Part shown: positions 18,014 through 27,650 of the stretch, piece by piece
Layout: every line of letters starts with the position of its first letter
How positions within the stretch are numbered: the stretch's first letter is position 1
From: Minisyncoccota bacterium
Lineage (GTDB): Bacteria > Patescibacteriota > Minisyncoccia > Phycocordibacterales > UBA2100
Direction of reading: 5' to 3'
DNA length: 64,000 nucleotides
Assembly: GCA_965267345.1 (NCBI GenBank)
Contig: OZ253947.1
Span: 573,043-637,042, forward strand
The notes under the pieces: model-generated
The model's database searches: none
Seen by the model: the letters and a program-made list of their open reading frames with translations, nothing else
What the model was told of the DNA's origin: nothing
Position numbers and translations under genes: made by a program

Positions 18014-19288
18014 ATGAAAGAACTCATCAAACGCCTCATTCCCCCATCGGTGCTTGCAGCGCTCTTGCCGCGCTACCATCGCGCACTGGCATCACTCGGC
18101 GCGATACTCTACGGGCATCCGTCACGACGCCTCAAAGTGGTTGCGGTCACCGGCACCAAAGGTAAATCAACCGTCACTGAGCTCGTAACAGCCATTCTTG
18201 AAGAACACGGCTACACCGTCGCCCTCGCCAGCACCATTCATTTTAAAATTGCAGGCCACACACAACCAAACAAGCTCAAGATGACCATGCCGGGGCGGTT
18301 TTTCTTACAGCGCTTTCTGCGCCGTGCCGTACTCGCCGGATGTGAGTGGGCGGTGATTGAAATGACCTCAGAAGGCGCGCGCCAGTTCCGCCATCTCGGC
18401 ATCGACATGGACGCACTGATATTCACCAACATTAGCCCTGAGCATATTGAGTCACACGGATCATTCGAGAACTACCTCGCCGCAAAACTCTCAATCGGCT
18501 GCGCGCTGGAGCAGTCCTGCAAGCGCCCACGCAGCATCATCGCAAATGCCGATGATGACCATGGCGCCGACTTTCTCGCGCTTCACGTTGATCACGCACT
18601 CCCCTTCTCGCGCGACGATGCACAGCCATACCACACGAGCGAAACCGGTACCGAGATCACCTTTCAGGGCACCACAATGACGTCGGTCAGTGCGGGAGAA
18701 TTCACCATCGACAACATGCTCGCCGCGGCAACATTTGCCTACCACGTTGGTATTGCACCTGAGACAATGCGCCGTGCATTTGAACGCACGCGCGTCATTC
18801 CGGGTCGGGTTGAACACATTGACGAAGGACAGGACTTTGACGTCGTCGTGGACTACGCACACACGGCCGACTCGCTCGAAAAACTCTACCGCGCCTTTCC
18901 CAACCGAACAAAGCTCTGTGTGTTGGGTAACACCGGCGGCGGTCGTGATACGTGGAAGCGTCCTGAGATGGGTGCCATCGCCGAAAAGTACTGTGAGCGC
19001 GTCATTCTCACTGACGAAGATCCGTATGACGAAGATCCGGAAAAAATTGTACGCGATATGGTGGCGGGCATGCAGCGCGAACCGACCATTGTCATGGATC
19101 GACGACGTGCCATCCGCTACGCACTTACTCTCGCGAATGAAGACAAAGGTGATCTCGTGTTGATTAGTGGTAAAGGAACTGACCCCTACATCATGCGCGC
19201 TCGCGGCACGCGCGAGCCATGGAGCGATGCGCGTGTCGCACGCGAGGAACTGCAGCGACTTCTTGGTAAATCCGATAGTGCCGTTTAG
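18014..19288 (+). CDS. murE: Mur ligase family protein, MurE-like (UDP-MurNAc-tripeptide synthetase)
   Basis: P-loop VTGTKGKST and the Mur ligase middle and C-terminal domains. It lacks the usual N-terminal domain length, so the specific substrate is unresolved. Confidence 0.7.
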   Translation: MKELIKRLIPPSVLAALLPRYHRALASLGAILYGHPSRRLKVVAVTGTKGKSTVTELVTAILEEHGYTVALASTIHFKIAGHTQPNKLKMTMPGRFFLQRFLRRAVLAGCEWAVIEMTSEGARQFRHLGIDMDALIFTNISPEHIESHGSFENYLAAKLSIGCALEQSCKRPRSIIANADDDHGADFLALHVDHALPFSRDDAQPYHTSETGTEITFQGTTMTSVSAGEFTIDNMLAAATFAYHVGIAPETMRRAFERTRVIPGRVEHIDEGQDFDVVVDYAHTADSLEKLYRAFPNRTKLCVLGNTGGGRDTWKRPEMGAIAEKYCERVILTDEDPYDEDPEKIVRDMVAGMQREPTIVMDRRRAIRYALTLANEDKGDLVLISGKGTDPYIMRARGTREPWSDARVAREELQRLLGKSDSAV

Positions 19289-19303
19289 TATGTAGGTATT
19301 CGT

Positions 19304-20221
19304 ATGTTCCGCGCCATTTTAACTGCAGCAGGTATCCTCATTCTCCTCGTCGGTGGATGGTACCTCGTGCAAGTATTTCGCACGGCAACGGTAACCACGA
19401 ATGCACCTACGCAGTCGTCGTTTTTTGGCTCAGGCTCGCTCGCTGACTTTGGTGCACAGCTCACTGACGGACTCGGCATCTACCGCGCCACAACTGAGCC
19501 ACCAATTGTGACCACCGATGAACTTGGTGAAATTTCCCCGTCGTCCGGTTTAGTTGAAATTGTCAAAAACAGCACACCACCATCACGGAGCGACGTGGCA
19601 CGCGAGTACGTGCTGCTGCGCGCTCGAGCAGATAACGCACAACCGGTTAATATCACCAACTGGTCGCTTCAGAGTATGATCAGTGACAGCTGGTTCTCTA
19701 TTCCCCAAGGTGTTCGTGTCTACCGTGCGGGTGAGGTAAATGAACTCCACGACATTTACCTGCGTCCGGGCGAAACGGCTATTGTGGCAACAAAATCGGC
19801 ACCGGTGGGTGTGGCATTTCGCGCAAATCGCTGTTCAGGTTTTTTGGGAAGCGTCCAAGAATTCGAGCCGAAACTCACGAGCACCTGTATTGCGCCACGC
19901 GAACTACTCCCCCCAACCGTTGCAAACATCACCACGTATGGCGAAGCGTGCGTGGACTTTGCGCAAACGTTTGACAGCTGTACGTATCTCACCAGTGCAA
20001 CACCCGGCTTCGACACTCTCTCACCCGCATGCCGTGAGTACCTCCAGCCACGTCTGACGTACAATTTCTGTCTCGATACCCACGCAGCCGACGAGAACTT
20101 CTTCGCCGACAGTCACTGGCGTGTCTTCCTCGGACGCCCAGACGTCATTTGGCGAGAACACTACGAAGTAATCCGCCTCCTCGACGCACAAGGACGTACC
20201 GTTGATGCGTTCCCCTACTAG
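19304..20221 (+). CDS. hypothetical secreted/anchored protein
   Basis: N-terminal TM helix and a Cys-containing C-terminal region. No assignable domain. Confidence 0.45.
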   Translation: MFRAILTAAGILILLVGGWYLVQVFRTATVTTNAPTQSSFFGSGSLADFGAQLTDGLGIYRATTEPPIVTTDELGEISPSSGLVEIVKNSTPPSRSDVAREYVLLRARADNAQPVNITNWSLQSMISDSWFSIPQGVRVYRAGEVNELHDIYLRPGETAIVATKSAPVGVAFRANRCSGFLGSVQEFEPKLTSTCIAPRELLPPTVANITTYGEACVDFAQTFDSCTYLTSATPGFDTLSPACREYLQPRLTYNFCLDTHAADENFFADSHWRVFLGRPDVIWREHYEVIRLLDAQGRTVDAFPY

Positions 20222-20688
20222 CGTAGTGCAAACAGCATAATACCTGCTGCAACACTCACGTTGAGTGATTCTTTTGTGCCGTATTGTGGAATTTCCGTGA
20301 TAGCGTCCACCTGCTGCAGGATATCTTCAGGGATGCCGCTCACTTCATTTCCAAGCACGAGCGCGATGCACTCGTGCGCTGCCGCCGCAATGGTGCGATA
20401 CGGGAGTGCACTCTGATGCTGTTCGAGTGCGACCGTGTAGTATCCGTCTACACGGAGCTCCGTAATGAGCGGTACCGTTTCGGGTACCACCTCCCACGCG
20501 ACCTGCTGTTCAGCACCAAGTGCTGTTTTAGCAATGTCTTTCTGGGCCCGCCCAAAACGATCAATCGGTGAGGGCGTATAGCCGCTCAGGTATACGTTCT
20601 GCACCCCTGCAGCGTCGGCGGTGCGAAAAATAGCCCCGACATTGTGCGTGCTGCGGATATTGTCGAGTATGAGCACAATCTCTGTCAT
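20218..20688 (-). CDS. SpoU-family (TrmH/TrmL-like) RNA 2'-O-methyltransferase
   Basis: Minimal SPOUT fold with ..LVLGNEVSGIPEDIL.. and ..ESLNVSVAAGIMLFAL.. motifs. Start trimmed to MTEIVLILDN. Confidence 0.8.
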   Translation of the reverse strand: MTEIVLILDNIRSTHNVGAIFRTADAAGVQNVYLSGYTPSPIDRFGRAQKDIAKTALGAEQQVAWEVVPETVPLITELRVDGYYTVALEQHQSALPYRTIAAAAHECIALVLGNEVSGIPEDILQQVDAITEIPQYGTKESLNVSVAAGIMLFALR

Positions 20689-20755
20689 GTGTGGCAATCC
20701 TAGCATTTGTCACTCAGATAACGCTACTCACGCGTGCATCTCATCAGGCACGCAC

Positions 20756-20843
20756 CTGTTTCGATTAATCGAAACAGAAACAGTGCCATGCAAAAAACGC
20801 AGCTAACTGGCATCATCACAGGTGTTTCGATTAATCGAAACAC
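20756..20843. promoter_or_regulatory. two 22-bp perfect palindromes (core GTTTCGATTAATCGAAAC) 66 bp apart; candidate dimeric-regulator operators
   Basis: The two sites are 20756-20777 CTGTTTCGATTAATCGAAACAG and 20822-20843 GTGTTTCGATTAATCGAAACAC. They lie in the intergenic region upstream of the SpoU gene. Confidence 0.55.
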
Positions 20844-20915
20844 TTCTTAGAATATGCGGAGTATGTGTAGTAAGTGGCACCCCTAGGTGCGCAGGCTGTC
20901 CAAACTCGCCGACCA

Positions 20916-20950
20916 AAAAGTATTTACGTAAATAGTTACGTAAATACTTT
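20916..20950. terminator. AT-rich hairpin AAAGTATTTACGTAA-atag-TTACGTAAATACTTT 3' of tRNA-Lys
   Basis: 13-bp stem followed by a U-run on the minus strand. Confidence 0.6.
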
Positions 20951-20980
20951 AGATGCCCTAACTCCGTTTTCTTTACGTTG

Positions 20981-21053
20981 TCCGCCCGGCAGGACTCGAA
21001 CCTGCGACCGTCGGCTTAAAAGGCCGCTGCTCTACCAACTGAGCTACGGGCGG
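20981..21053 (-). tRNA. tRNA-Lys (anticodon TTT)
   Basis: 73 nt with anticodon loop CTTTTAA and acceptor CCGCCCG/CGGGCGG. No CCA. Confidence 0.8.
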
Positions 21054-21094
21054 ATTCTGGGAATATAGCACAAAGGTCGGCACTTTTAAATGCG

Positions 21095-23068
21095 CTACTC
21101 GTCAGTGAAATCAACCCGCACGTCGCGCGTCACCGTCTCGTCAAACACCGTCTGACACTCAAGTGTGTAAATTGCCGCACGAATCTGATTGTCAGGTAAT
21201 ACCGTTCTGCTGCTACTAAATGGCTCGGTCACGACGACGCCTTGCGTCTGCGCGTAGTCAAATCCGCGCGGTCCGCGTACCCGACAACTGTCCATAAACA
21301 GACTCCCCCATGCAATGCGCACGCGCTCACCGCGTGATGCTTCAGTCGGGTGCGCGGTGATGTCGTACTGCGGCTCACCAACCATCACCGTGCAGGTATT
21401 TGTACCGATCACCTTTCCTTCATCGGTACACGAAATTTTATACTCAGTATTGTGCTCGGGCGTAACCGTGAGCGTATCCGCCAAACTGCCACCGGTATCA
21501 ATATTCACGCCGCTACTGCTGTCTGCCGAGGCAATACATGCCCAGTCAATCTCTGTTTCTTCGTCCGGGCGGACAATCGACGGCTCGCAGCTCAGCCGCG
21601 GTGGATGTGCACCCGTTGGCCCTGAACCACCTTCGCCGACAAAAACGAGTGCCGAACAGGTTGTGTCGTTATCATTCGCGCCTTGGGCTGTCAGAATGTA
21701 CTCTGTCGTCTGATCAATCGTCACTTGCTGCTCACCGTTACCCGGCAAGTTGTCACCAATACCGGAAATCGACACTGATTCGGCATTAAGGGTACGCCAG
21801 CGTACGATAATAGTGTCGCCAACCACCGCATCGCGCACATTGGTGCTCAGTGCACACTGCGGCCGTCCTGAAGCCGGCGATGTGTCTTGGCGACACACAA
21901 TGCGGCCGTTCTCTGTTGTTTGCGTGTAGCCGTCGCGACACTGACGATCACGTTCGTCGCTCTCGTCACCTCCGCCGGAGAAGACGAGTCGCCCTGAAAT
22001 CGCACCGACAATTTGTCCGAGCGCCTGTCCGAATCGACTTGAGCCAAGTCCGTCAAAAATACCTGACACACCCCTGCCGACTTTACACATAAAGCCGCCG
22101 ACGCCGTCACCACATTGCGCCTGTCCTGCCCGTCCCTGCGGGATTTTGGGAACACACTTATATTCCTGTCCAATTTGCGGCAGTGTCGTCGGGGCGCCAT
22201 TCACCATTTGCTGTGAGAGCGTTGCTGTCGGATAGCAGGTCACCGCGCCGCGCCACGCACACACTCCTGCATCAGCGGCAGTGGCAGTGGCTTGTGCATT
22301 CCGCCCGTCACGCACCGCCACAAGGTTTTCGTATATCTGCTGGCACCGTGCAGGAATGGTCACCCGTCGCTGCCCCTGCTGGTTTGATTCAATCGCAACA
22401 CGACCGTCTTCATCAAACGTAAACGCCCTTCGATCAACACAAATGAGCTGCTTGAGTTCTGCCTCGCCAAGCTTGAGGGTATTTAAATCGAGAATGCGCT
22501 GTTGTGCATCTTCACGCACTGTTTCAACACGCACGTCCGATTGGCCAATACACTGTGCGAGTTGGTCAAGGGCTTTTTTAATCGGGTCGTTTGCCGTACC
22601 GTAGCAGTCAACCGGTGTCGGCACTCCGTCGGCGAGCCCGACATACGTTGTCGTACAGCGATTACGACACGCTTCCCCTGCCCCATTGAGACAGTTCTGT
22701 GTCGTGGTGCGCGACTGAACAATTCGTTGTGCAACAAAGTTCGTTGCCTGCGATGAGAGCTGTACTTCCTCACCGTCGAGGGTCCCGACACAACGTGTCG
22801 GACTTTCGCACGACAACACCAGTGGTGTACCTGAAGCAGTGCCGACGCAGCGCGTTTCGACGCACGACAAATCCTGCACGCGATCACCATTGGCATAGAG
22901 TGTCCTGTCCGCACCCACAGTTACCGTAGCGGCATCTGTCGTTTGTGTATTTTGCTGCGCGTGCGCCACGCCCACACCCGTCATCAGGAGCACGAGTGCC
23001 ATGCCGGCAACGAGACCAACGTGTATGAAGTGCGATTGGTGGCGAAGTGTACGTATCAGGTAGTGCAT
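21095..23068 (-). CDS. large Cys-rich secreted protein (hypothetical)
   Basis: 657 aa with a signal peptide and repeated ..RCVGT.. Cys motifs. Confidence 0.5.
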   Translation of the reverse strand: MHYLIRTLRHQSHFIHVGLVAGMALVLLMTGVGVAHAQQNTQTTDAATVTVGADRTLYANGDRVQDLSCVETRCVGTASGTPLVLSCESPTRCVGTLDGEEVQLSSQATNFVAQRIVQSRTTTQNCLNGAGEACRNRCTTTYVGLADGVPTPVDCYGTANDPIKKALDQLAQCIGQSDVRVETVREDAQQRILDLNTLKLGEAELKQLICVDRRAFTFDEDGRVAIESNQQGQRRVTIPARCQQIYENLVAVRDGRNAQATATAADAGVCAWRGAVTCYPTATLSQQMVNGAPTTLPQIGQEYKCVPKIPQGRAGQAQCGDGVGGFMCKVGRGVSGIFDGLGSSRFGQALGQIVGAISGRLVFSGGGDESDERDRQCRDGYTQTTENGRIVCRQDTSPASGRPQCALSTNVRDAVVGDTIIVRWRTLNAESVSISGIGDNLPGNGEQQVTIDQTTEYILTAQGANDNDTTCSALVFVGEGGSGPTGAHPPRLSCEPSIVRPDEETEIDWACIASADSSSGVNIDTGGSLADTLTVTPEHNTEYKISCTDEGKVIGTNTCTVMVGEPQYDITAHPTEASRGERVRIAWGSLFMDSCRVRGPRGFDYAQTQGVVVTEPFSSSRTVLPDNQIRAAIYTLECQTVFDETVTRDVRVDFTDE

Positions 23069-23126
23069 ACGAGCTGTCCTAATGGTAGCGGTATCCGCGT
23101 ATAAAAAATAGCGAGGTTATGCACAT

Positions 23127-24623
23127 TTATATCCCACTGCCCCGCGCCCGCTGCACCGCACCACTGCCAAGCACCCATGCGGTGCGGGGAAAGCTGCCGA
23201 GTGTGGTTGGTAATAGGCCGTTGATGATGCCGATGTAGGTGCCGCCGACAATGCTGGTGCCGGCTGCACGTGCGGTTTGTGCAACCACGGGTGTAGGTGT
23301 GCGTGGTGTGGTGGTACGTGGTACGCCGCTGGTGAACTCCACGTTGCCGGTACCGCTTTGCTGCGTGTCGGTTGGCGTGTGGGTGTCGTAGGTCACTTGA
23401 GTACTCGCACCACGTCGCACGGCCGAAAGTACACGACTCAATGGCGATACTTCCTCAGGTGCGCGGGCATATCCAGCAGTGTCAGGTGTAGTGCGCGGAG
23501 GGGCGTTCCCATTTTGCTGCTGCGGCGAGCCAATGCGCTCCTGCTCTGTTGTCACACCAAACTGCTGACCAGTATTTTGTTGCGCACCACTGTCACTGCT
23601 CCGCACCTGGGAAGGTGCGGGGCTGGAAAGGAGTGTGTCACTTGCACCGACACTGTCCCTGTCAGATACCGAAGTGCGCTCGCCTGTGGTAAACGGCTGC
23701 AGCGACAAAAATTGCTGCTCCTTTTGTGGTGCAGTAGTGTCATCAAACACTGAAGTAAACGTTGCACTCCCTCGCCCTAACGCAGGTGACGACTGTTGCA
23801 TTTGTGTCGCGGGATTAGAAAATATCGTTTGCCACAGTGACGAGGATACACTTTGTCCGAGTGCGCTCTCAAATCGTGGCGTCGTTGCGTAGTTTATACT
23901 CCCACCAACTGCCGTCCCCACCCCACTCCCGAATGCCTGTTGCCATTCCTCCGTCTGATTCGGAATCGTTCCTTCGGGACGTGGTTTCGGGATTGGAATA
24001 TCGTGGTTCGTTGCCGGCGCACCGTATTCGTACTGCTCACTGTAGTCACCGACAATGCCCTGACTGCATTTATCGGTGCCCACGAAATCATAGAGTAGTT
24101 GCCGTGCTTGTGGGTCGCTAATTTTTACAATGTCATTATACCCATACCCATCCGACCACGCGCTCTGCCGTGACCGTACATCAATATGAATAGCCCCGCT
24201 CGTGTACAGCCCGATACCGCCGTTGCAGTGATTTACGCGACGAAGCCCACAAATAGCATACGTGATGAACTCTTTCTCTTTTCCACGAGGCACCCGCACG
24301 TCGAGCGCCCGTCCATGGAGGTGCTGACTATTCGATGCACCTCTGTTTAGTGGGCAACTCGCAGACACCGTATCTTCCGTGCAGCGTTTCCCGCTGGTAA
24401 AGGCACAGTTGCCGCCAATGGCCGCACAGGCGTTCAGCACCACGTCGGTCACCTTTTCATTCGCACCCAGTTTTTGTTGCCCGAACGATTCCCAGTTGTT
24501 ATCAATGACCGCGCACCCTGCATCCTGAATCGCCGCAGGAGCACGAGGAATCTGCGCGTGCACGTCAACCGCCATTCCAAAGGCAAGAAAAACAATTACT
24601 GCTACGCTAGCAAGAACTCGCAT
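23127..24623 (-). CDS. secreted protein with an N-terminal peptidase-M15-like (Zn D,D-peptidase/VanY-like) domain, a long Ser/Thr/Gln-rich low-complexity region and a C-terminal hydrophobic segment
   Basis: Signal peptide, then ..HLHGRALDVRV.. and ..AIHIDVR.. resembling the H-x6-D and H-x-D zinc ligands of M15 peptidases. Confidence 0.5.
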   Translation of the reverse strand: MRVLASVAVIVFLAFGMAVDVHAQIPRAPAAIQDAGCAVIDNNWESFGQQKLGANEKVTDVVLNACAAIGGNCAFTSGKRCTEDTVSASCPLNRGASNSQHLHGRALDVRVPRGKEKEFITYAICGLRRVNHCNGGIGLYTSGAIHIDVRSRQSAWSDGYGYNDIVKISDPQARQLLYDFVGTDKCSQGIVGDYSEQYEYGAPATNHDIPIPKPRPEGTIPNQTEEWQQAFGSGVGTAVGGSINYATTPRFESALGQSVSSSLWQTIFSNPATQMQQSSPALGRGSATFTSVFDDTTAPQKEQQFLSLQPFTTGERTSVSDRDSVGASDTLLSSPAPSQVRSSDSGAQQNTGQQFGVTTEQERIGSPQQQNGNAPPRTTPDTAGYARAPEEVSPLSRVLSAVRRGASTQVTYDTHTPTDTQQSGTGNVEFTSGVPRTTTPRTPTPVVAQTARAAGTSIVGGTYIGIINGLLPTTLGSFPRTAWVLGSGAVQRARGSGI

Positions 24624-24642
24624 ATGTATATCATACCTTTCT

Positions 24643-24903
24643 TTATGTTCCCTGCGAGCGCGCCCTGTTGCTAGCGTACCGATATATCCCGTGCCGCTGC
24701 AACGCTACCGAGTGGGCTGGTAGTAGGTAACCGTGGGGGTATGTTTCTTGGCGCGCCGCATCTGACACGATCGGCATTGCAAACTGACGCTGCTGGTTCA
24801 GCGCTCGCGCGAGCACATTCCCGAAGGCGATAGCAAAAATGGCGCCGCTCAGCACCACTATTCTAAAGACTGCTGTATGTACCAGCGTGCGTTCACGAGC
24901 CAT
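24643..24903 (-). CDS. small hypothetical membrane protein
   Basis: 86 aa with one hydrophobic helix. Overlaps the upstream gene's stop by 11 nt; coding status is uncertain. Confidence 0.3.
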   Translation of the reverse strand: MARERTLVHTAVFRIVVLSGAIFAIAFGNVLARALNQQRQFAMPIVSDAARQETYPHGYLLPAHSVALQRHGIYRYASNRARSQGT

Positions 24904-25951
24904 TTGAGCCGAAGAGCTGCCCGAGAAAGAGGACGAAGCGCTCCCACCAACTGAGAGCCCCGCCTTCGGCGGTGCGCTCTCCTGTCGCCAATGGATTCAC
25001 CTGTCCGCCTGATTGCGCAACACCCGAGCTGCGGTAGTCACTCAAGTCATCTGTGGCGCGCTGTTCGTTGAGTGCTGCTTCGCGGCGTTGTGCATCTGCA
25101 GCGTTTTGTTCCAACTCGGCGAGTGAGAGACGGCTGTCGGCTTCAATCTGCCCCGATGACGAAAGCCCCTCGCCATTGCTTGAACTGCTCCTACCAGATA
25201 CCAAGTCGCGCAGATATTCGTACGTTGTTGATACTGAATCGGCAGGCTGACGGCGTGTCGTCTGCTGCGGTTGTGGATTCACTGAATCACCGGAGGTATT
25301 GCTGCCCCCTGAGAGCGGACCGTTGCCTGAGTCGGACGAGTCACTGCCGAGACTAAAACCGGGTTCGTACTCGTCTTCCACATCCCATGCCAATTGTGAG
25401 CTGTCGTTAAAGTTGTCGAAGCTGTCGTACTGCAGATTTGGTGTGTATGCACCGCCGGCATTGGGATAGTACGCACCTGACCCATAGTCACCTGAGCCGG
25501 AGCCACCACCGCCAAGCAAACTACCAAGCAACTGATTGGCGCCTCCAAGAATGACTCCTTGCAGCAACCCTTCGCCAAGGCCGCTCAAAAAACCCGGTGC
25601 TTCTGGATACGCATACGGTCCCGTACAGCACCCTGCAGCACACAGACCTTCAACTACACCACCAGGAACGGGCACAAAGCATACGTAGCCGTCTCTTCCG
25701 CCATTGGAAGGTGGCCCTGCTGGTTTACACGCTTGATGCACTCCGGCCGATAGTGTAACTACAGATGAGCCGCTTACCACGCCAGATGCTTCACACGCCC
25801 CCGCCGCCTGCGCTGCCATCGCCTGCCCTGACGTTCGCTCGAATGCGTAGTTAAGGGCGCGTGGTACATCACCAAAGAGAAATGTCAGTACAATCAGCGC
25901 ACCAACGAGTACTACTAGGGCAACAAGGTCTTTTGCGTAGCTACCATTCAT
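24893..25951 (-). CDS. Gly/Ser-rich membrane-anchored hypothetical protein
   Basis: N-terminal TM helix, a Cys cluster (CAAGCCTG), then low-complexity G/S/Y-rich sequence. Confidence 0.45.
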   Translation of the reverse strand: MNGSYAKDLVALVVLVGALIVLTFLFGDVPRALNYAFERTSGQAMAAQAAGACEASGVVSGSSVVTLSAGVHQACKPAGPPSNGGRDGYVCFVPVPGGVVEGLCAAGCCTGPYAYPEAPGFLSGLGEGLLQGVILGGANQLLGSLLGGGGSGSGDYGSGAYYPNAGGAYTPNLQYDSFDNFNDSSQLAWDVEDEYEPGFSLGSDSSDSGNGPLSGGSNTSGDSVNPQPQQTTRRQPADSVSTTYEYLRDLVSGRSSSSNGEGLSSSGQIEADSRLSLAELEQNAADAQRREAALNEQRATDDLSDYRSSGVAQSGGQVNPLATGERTAEGGALSWWERFVLFLGQLFGSNGS

Positions 25952-26003
25952 GTCGTATCTGTATTATAGACTAGTGCGTTCGTGTCACGCACTCTTATGC
26001 ACA

Positions 26004-26807
26004 TTATATCTGCACCGTCACTTCGTCTTCGATCACCGCTCCCGTCACCGTCTCACACGAAAGCGTAAACGTGGTGGTTTGCGTGAGTGGCGGCGATACG
26101 ACTTCACCGGAAATGCCCGTACGGCGGTACGTCGGATGGCGATCTGAGGTCAGGGCGCAATTCGTTGCCTGCGCGCTCGTCCATGCAAGATCAACCGTCT
26201 CGCCACTGCCGACACTACTGGCGCTGCTACTGAGTTCAGCAGCAACCGTTGGCAGCTCCACAGTACACGAGGCAGCCGTGTCATCGACACCGTCGACATC
26301 ATTCAAGCAGGTCACCGTGTAGGTTGTCTCCTCAGTCGGATACACACGCGTTGCGCCAAATGTCGCACCATCCGTATCAATACCCTCCCCTTCTGTCGTT
26401 GCGGCGGCATCGCGGCATGCCCACATAATAATCACCGGCTCATTAGCACCAACTGCATCGGGAACACACAACAGTGCCGGCGTGCGATTCGTCAGCGGCG
26501 TATTTTGCGCCGTCACATTCGGCGAGCCAAAGTTCAAGAGCGATGAGACGCTCGAGTTTTGCTGCAATACCGTGCTGGTGGTCTGCTGCGTCTGGAGTGA
26601 CGCATAGTTTGTATCGGCTGCCGTGTCAGCAGTGTCGTCATCGGCACCAATGCCTAAAAAGGATGATACGGGATTCCACACCGCCGCGAGATGACTCTCT
26701 GCCGCGCCGGTTGCCACCGCCGTGTCAACGCGATCGTATACGGCAACAACAAGAACGAGTGCCAGCAGCAGTGAGAGTGCTTTGAGGTGTGTGGTGAGCG
26801 TATCCAT
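26004..26807 (-). CDS. secreted hypothetical protein with Ig-like beta-rich C-terminal repeats
   Basis: Signal peptide and paired Cys in repeated ..TVTCLNDVDG../..FTLSCETVTG.. segments. Confidence 0.45.
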   Translation of the reverse strand: MDTLTTHLKALSLLLALVLVVAVYDRVDTAVATGAAESHLAAVWNPVSSFLGIGADDDTADTAADTNYASLQTQQTTSTVLQQNSSVSSLLNFGSPNVTAQNTPLTNRTPALLCVPDAVGANEPVIIMWACRDAAATTEGEGIDTDGATFGATRVYPTEETTYTVTCLNDVDGVDDTAASCTVELPTVAAELSSSASSVGSGETVDLAWTSAQATNCALTSDRHPTYRRTGISGEVVSPPLTQTTTFTLSCETVTGAVIEDEVTVQI

Positions 26808-26874
26808 TGTACAAGCAACTACGTATCCTCATGATACGAGAGCCCGCACGCTTCGCAAGACAAGTCTGTGCACA

Positions 26875-27597
26875 CTACTGCGCCAGAATGTGGCGCTCGA
26901 GTGCAATCTCAAGCGGTACACTGCGACGCCGACTCTCGGCAGGCAGCAGTGCAAACGCTGCGGCCGTTGCGCGCAGTGCCGTGGGTGAGGAAAACCGCTG
27001 TGCGTAGCGCGTTGCTTTTTGAAACGGATACGGCTTCATGCCTGCATCAGCTGCAGTCTGTACCTGCGTTGCCAGTGCCATTGATTTGTACATCCAGAGC
27101 AAAATGCCGTGAATTTCTTCATCTGAGACATTGGCGTACTTTGCTTCACGAAACAGTGTCCAGAGTTTTTTCGTATCCCCCGCCCCGAGTGCGTCGGTCA
27201 GTGCAAAAGTGTTAAATGCGCGCGACTCTTTCTCGGTTGTCGATCGGGCAAACTCCTGCATGCGCGTTGCATATTTTTCCAGTTTTTTCTTTGCGGGTGC
27301 TTTGAGCGCACCCTCGAGAACAAAGAATGGGTGCGGCGCCCCTGCAATTGCCTCAAGTGCCTCGTAGACGCGTGCCTCGCCTGCTGCCGTGCTCAACAGG
27401 TGGTCGAGGACAACCACGTACTCGCTTTTAAACAGTCCTTGGCTGCCGGTGAGCTCTTCAAAGCTCACGTCCTCGAGCATGTCGTCAGTAATGCGAAAGT
27501 AGACGGCATCAGGGTTTTCGGCAAGCATCTTTGCAACTGTTGCGTGTACCTTTTTACGCGATGCGTCCGTGTCAGATCCGTAGTAGCAATACAGCAT
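26875..27597 (-). CDS. holA: DNA polymerase III delta subunit-like protein
   Basis: N-terminal MLYCYYGSDTDAS.. (the 'lyllyGee' pattern) and overall length. Assignment is moderate. Confidence 0.55.
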   Translation of the reverse strand: MLYCYYGSDTDASRKKVHATVAKMLAENPDAVYFRITDDMLEDVSFEELTGSQGLFKSEYVVVLDHLLSTAAGEARVYEALEAIAGAPHPFFVLEGALKAPAKKKLEKYATRMQEFARSTTEKESRAFNTFALTDALGAGDTKKLWTLFREAKYANVSDEEIHGILLWMYKSMALATQVQTAADAGMKPYPFQKATRYAQRFSSPTALRATAAAFALLPAESRRRSVPLEIALERHILAQ

Positions 27598-27611
27598 GTG
27601 TATACAATAGC

Positions 27612-27644
27612 AAATACACTCAATCGCTCAAATGGCGTCATTTG
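27612..27644. terminator. hairpin AATCGCTCAAATG-gcgt-CATTTGAGCGATT 3' of polA
   Basis: 13-bp perfect stem. A related degenerate copy of the 19-mer lies at 29..47, 3' of glyA. Confidence 0.55.
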
Positions 27645-27650
27645 AGCGAT

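Noticed and set aside
20756-20843. Possibility that the repeated palindromes are a CRISPR array
   Set aside because: Only two copies and each is a perfect palindrome. There are no unique spacers of CRISPR size and no cas genes nearby.
20874-21068. Plus-strand 64-aa ORF
   Set aside because: Covers the tRNA-Lys gene and its terminator.
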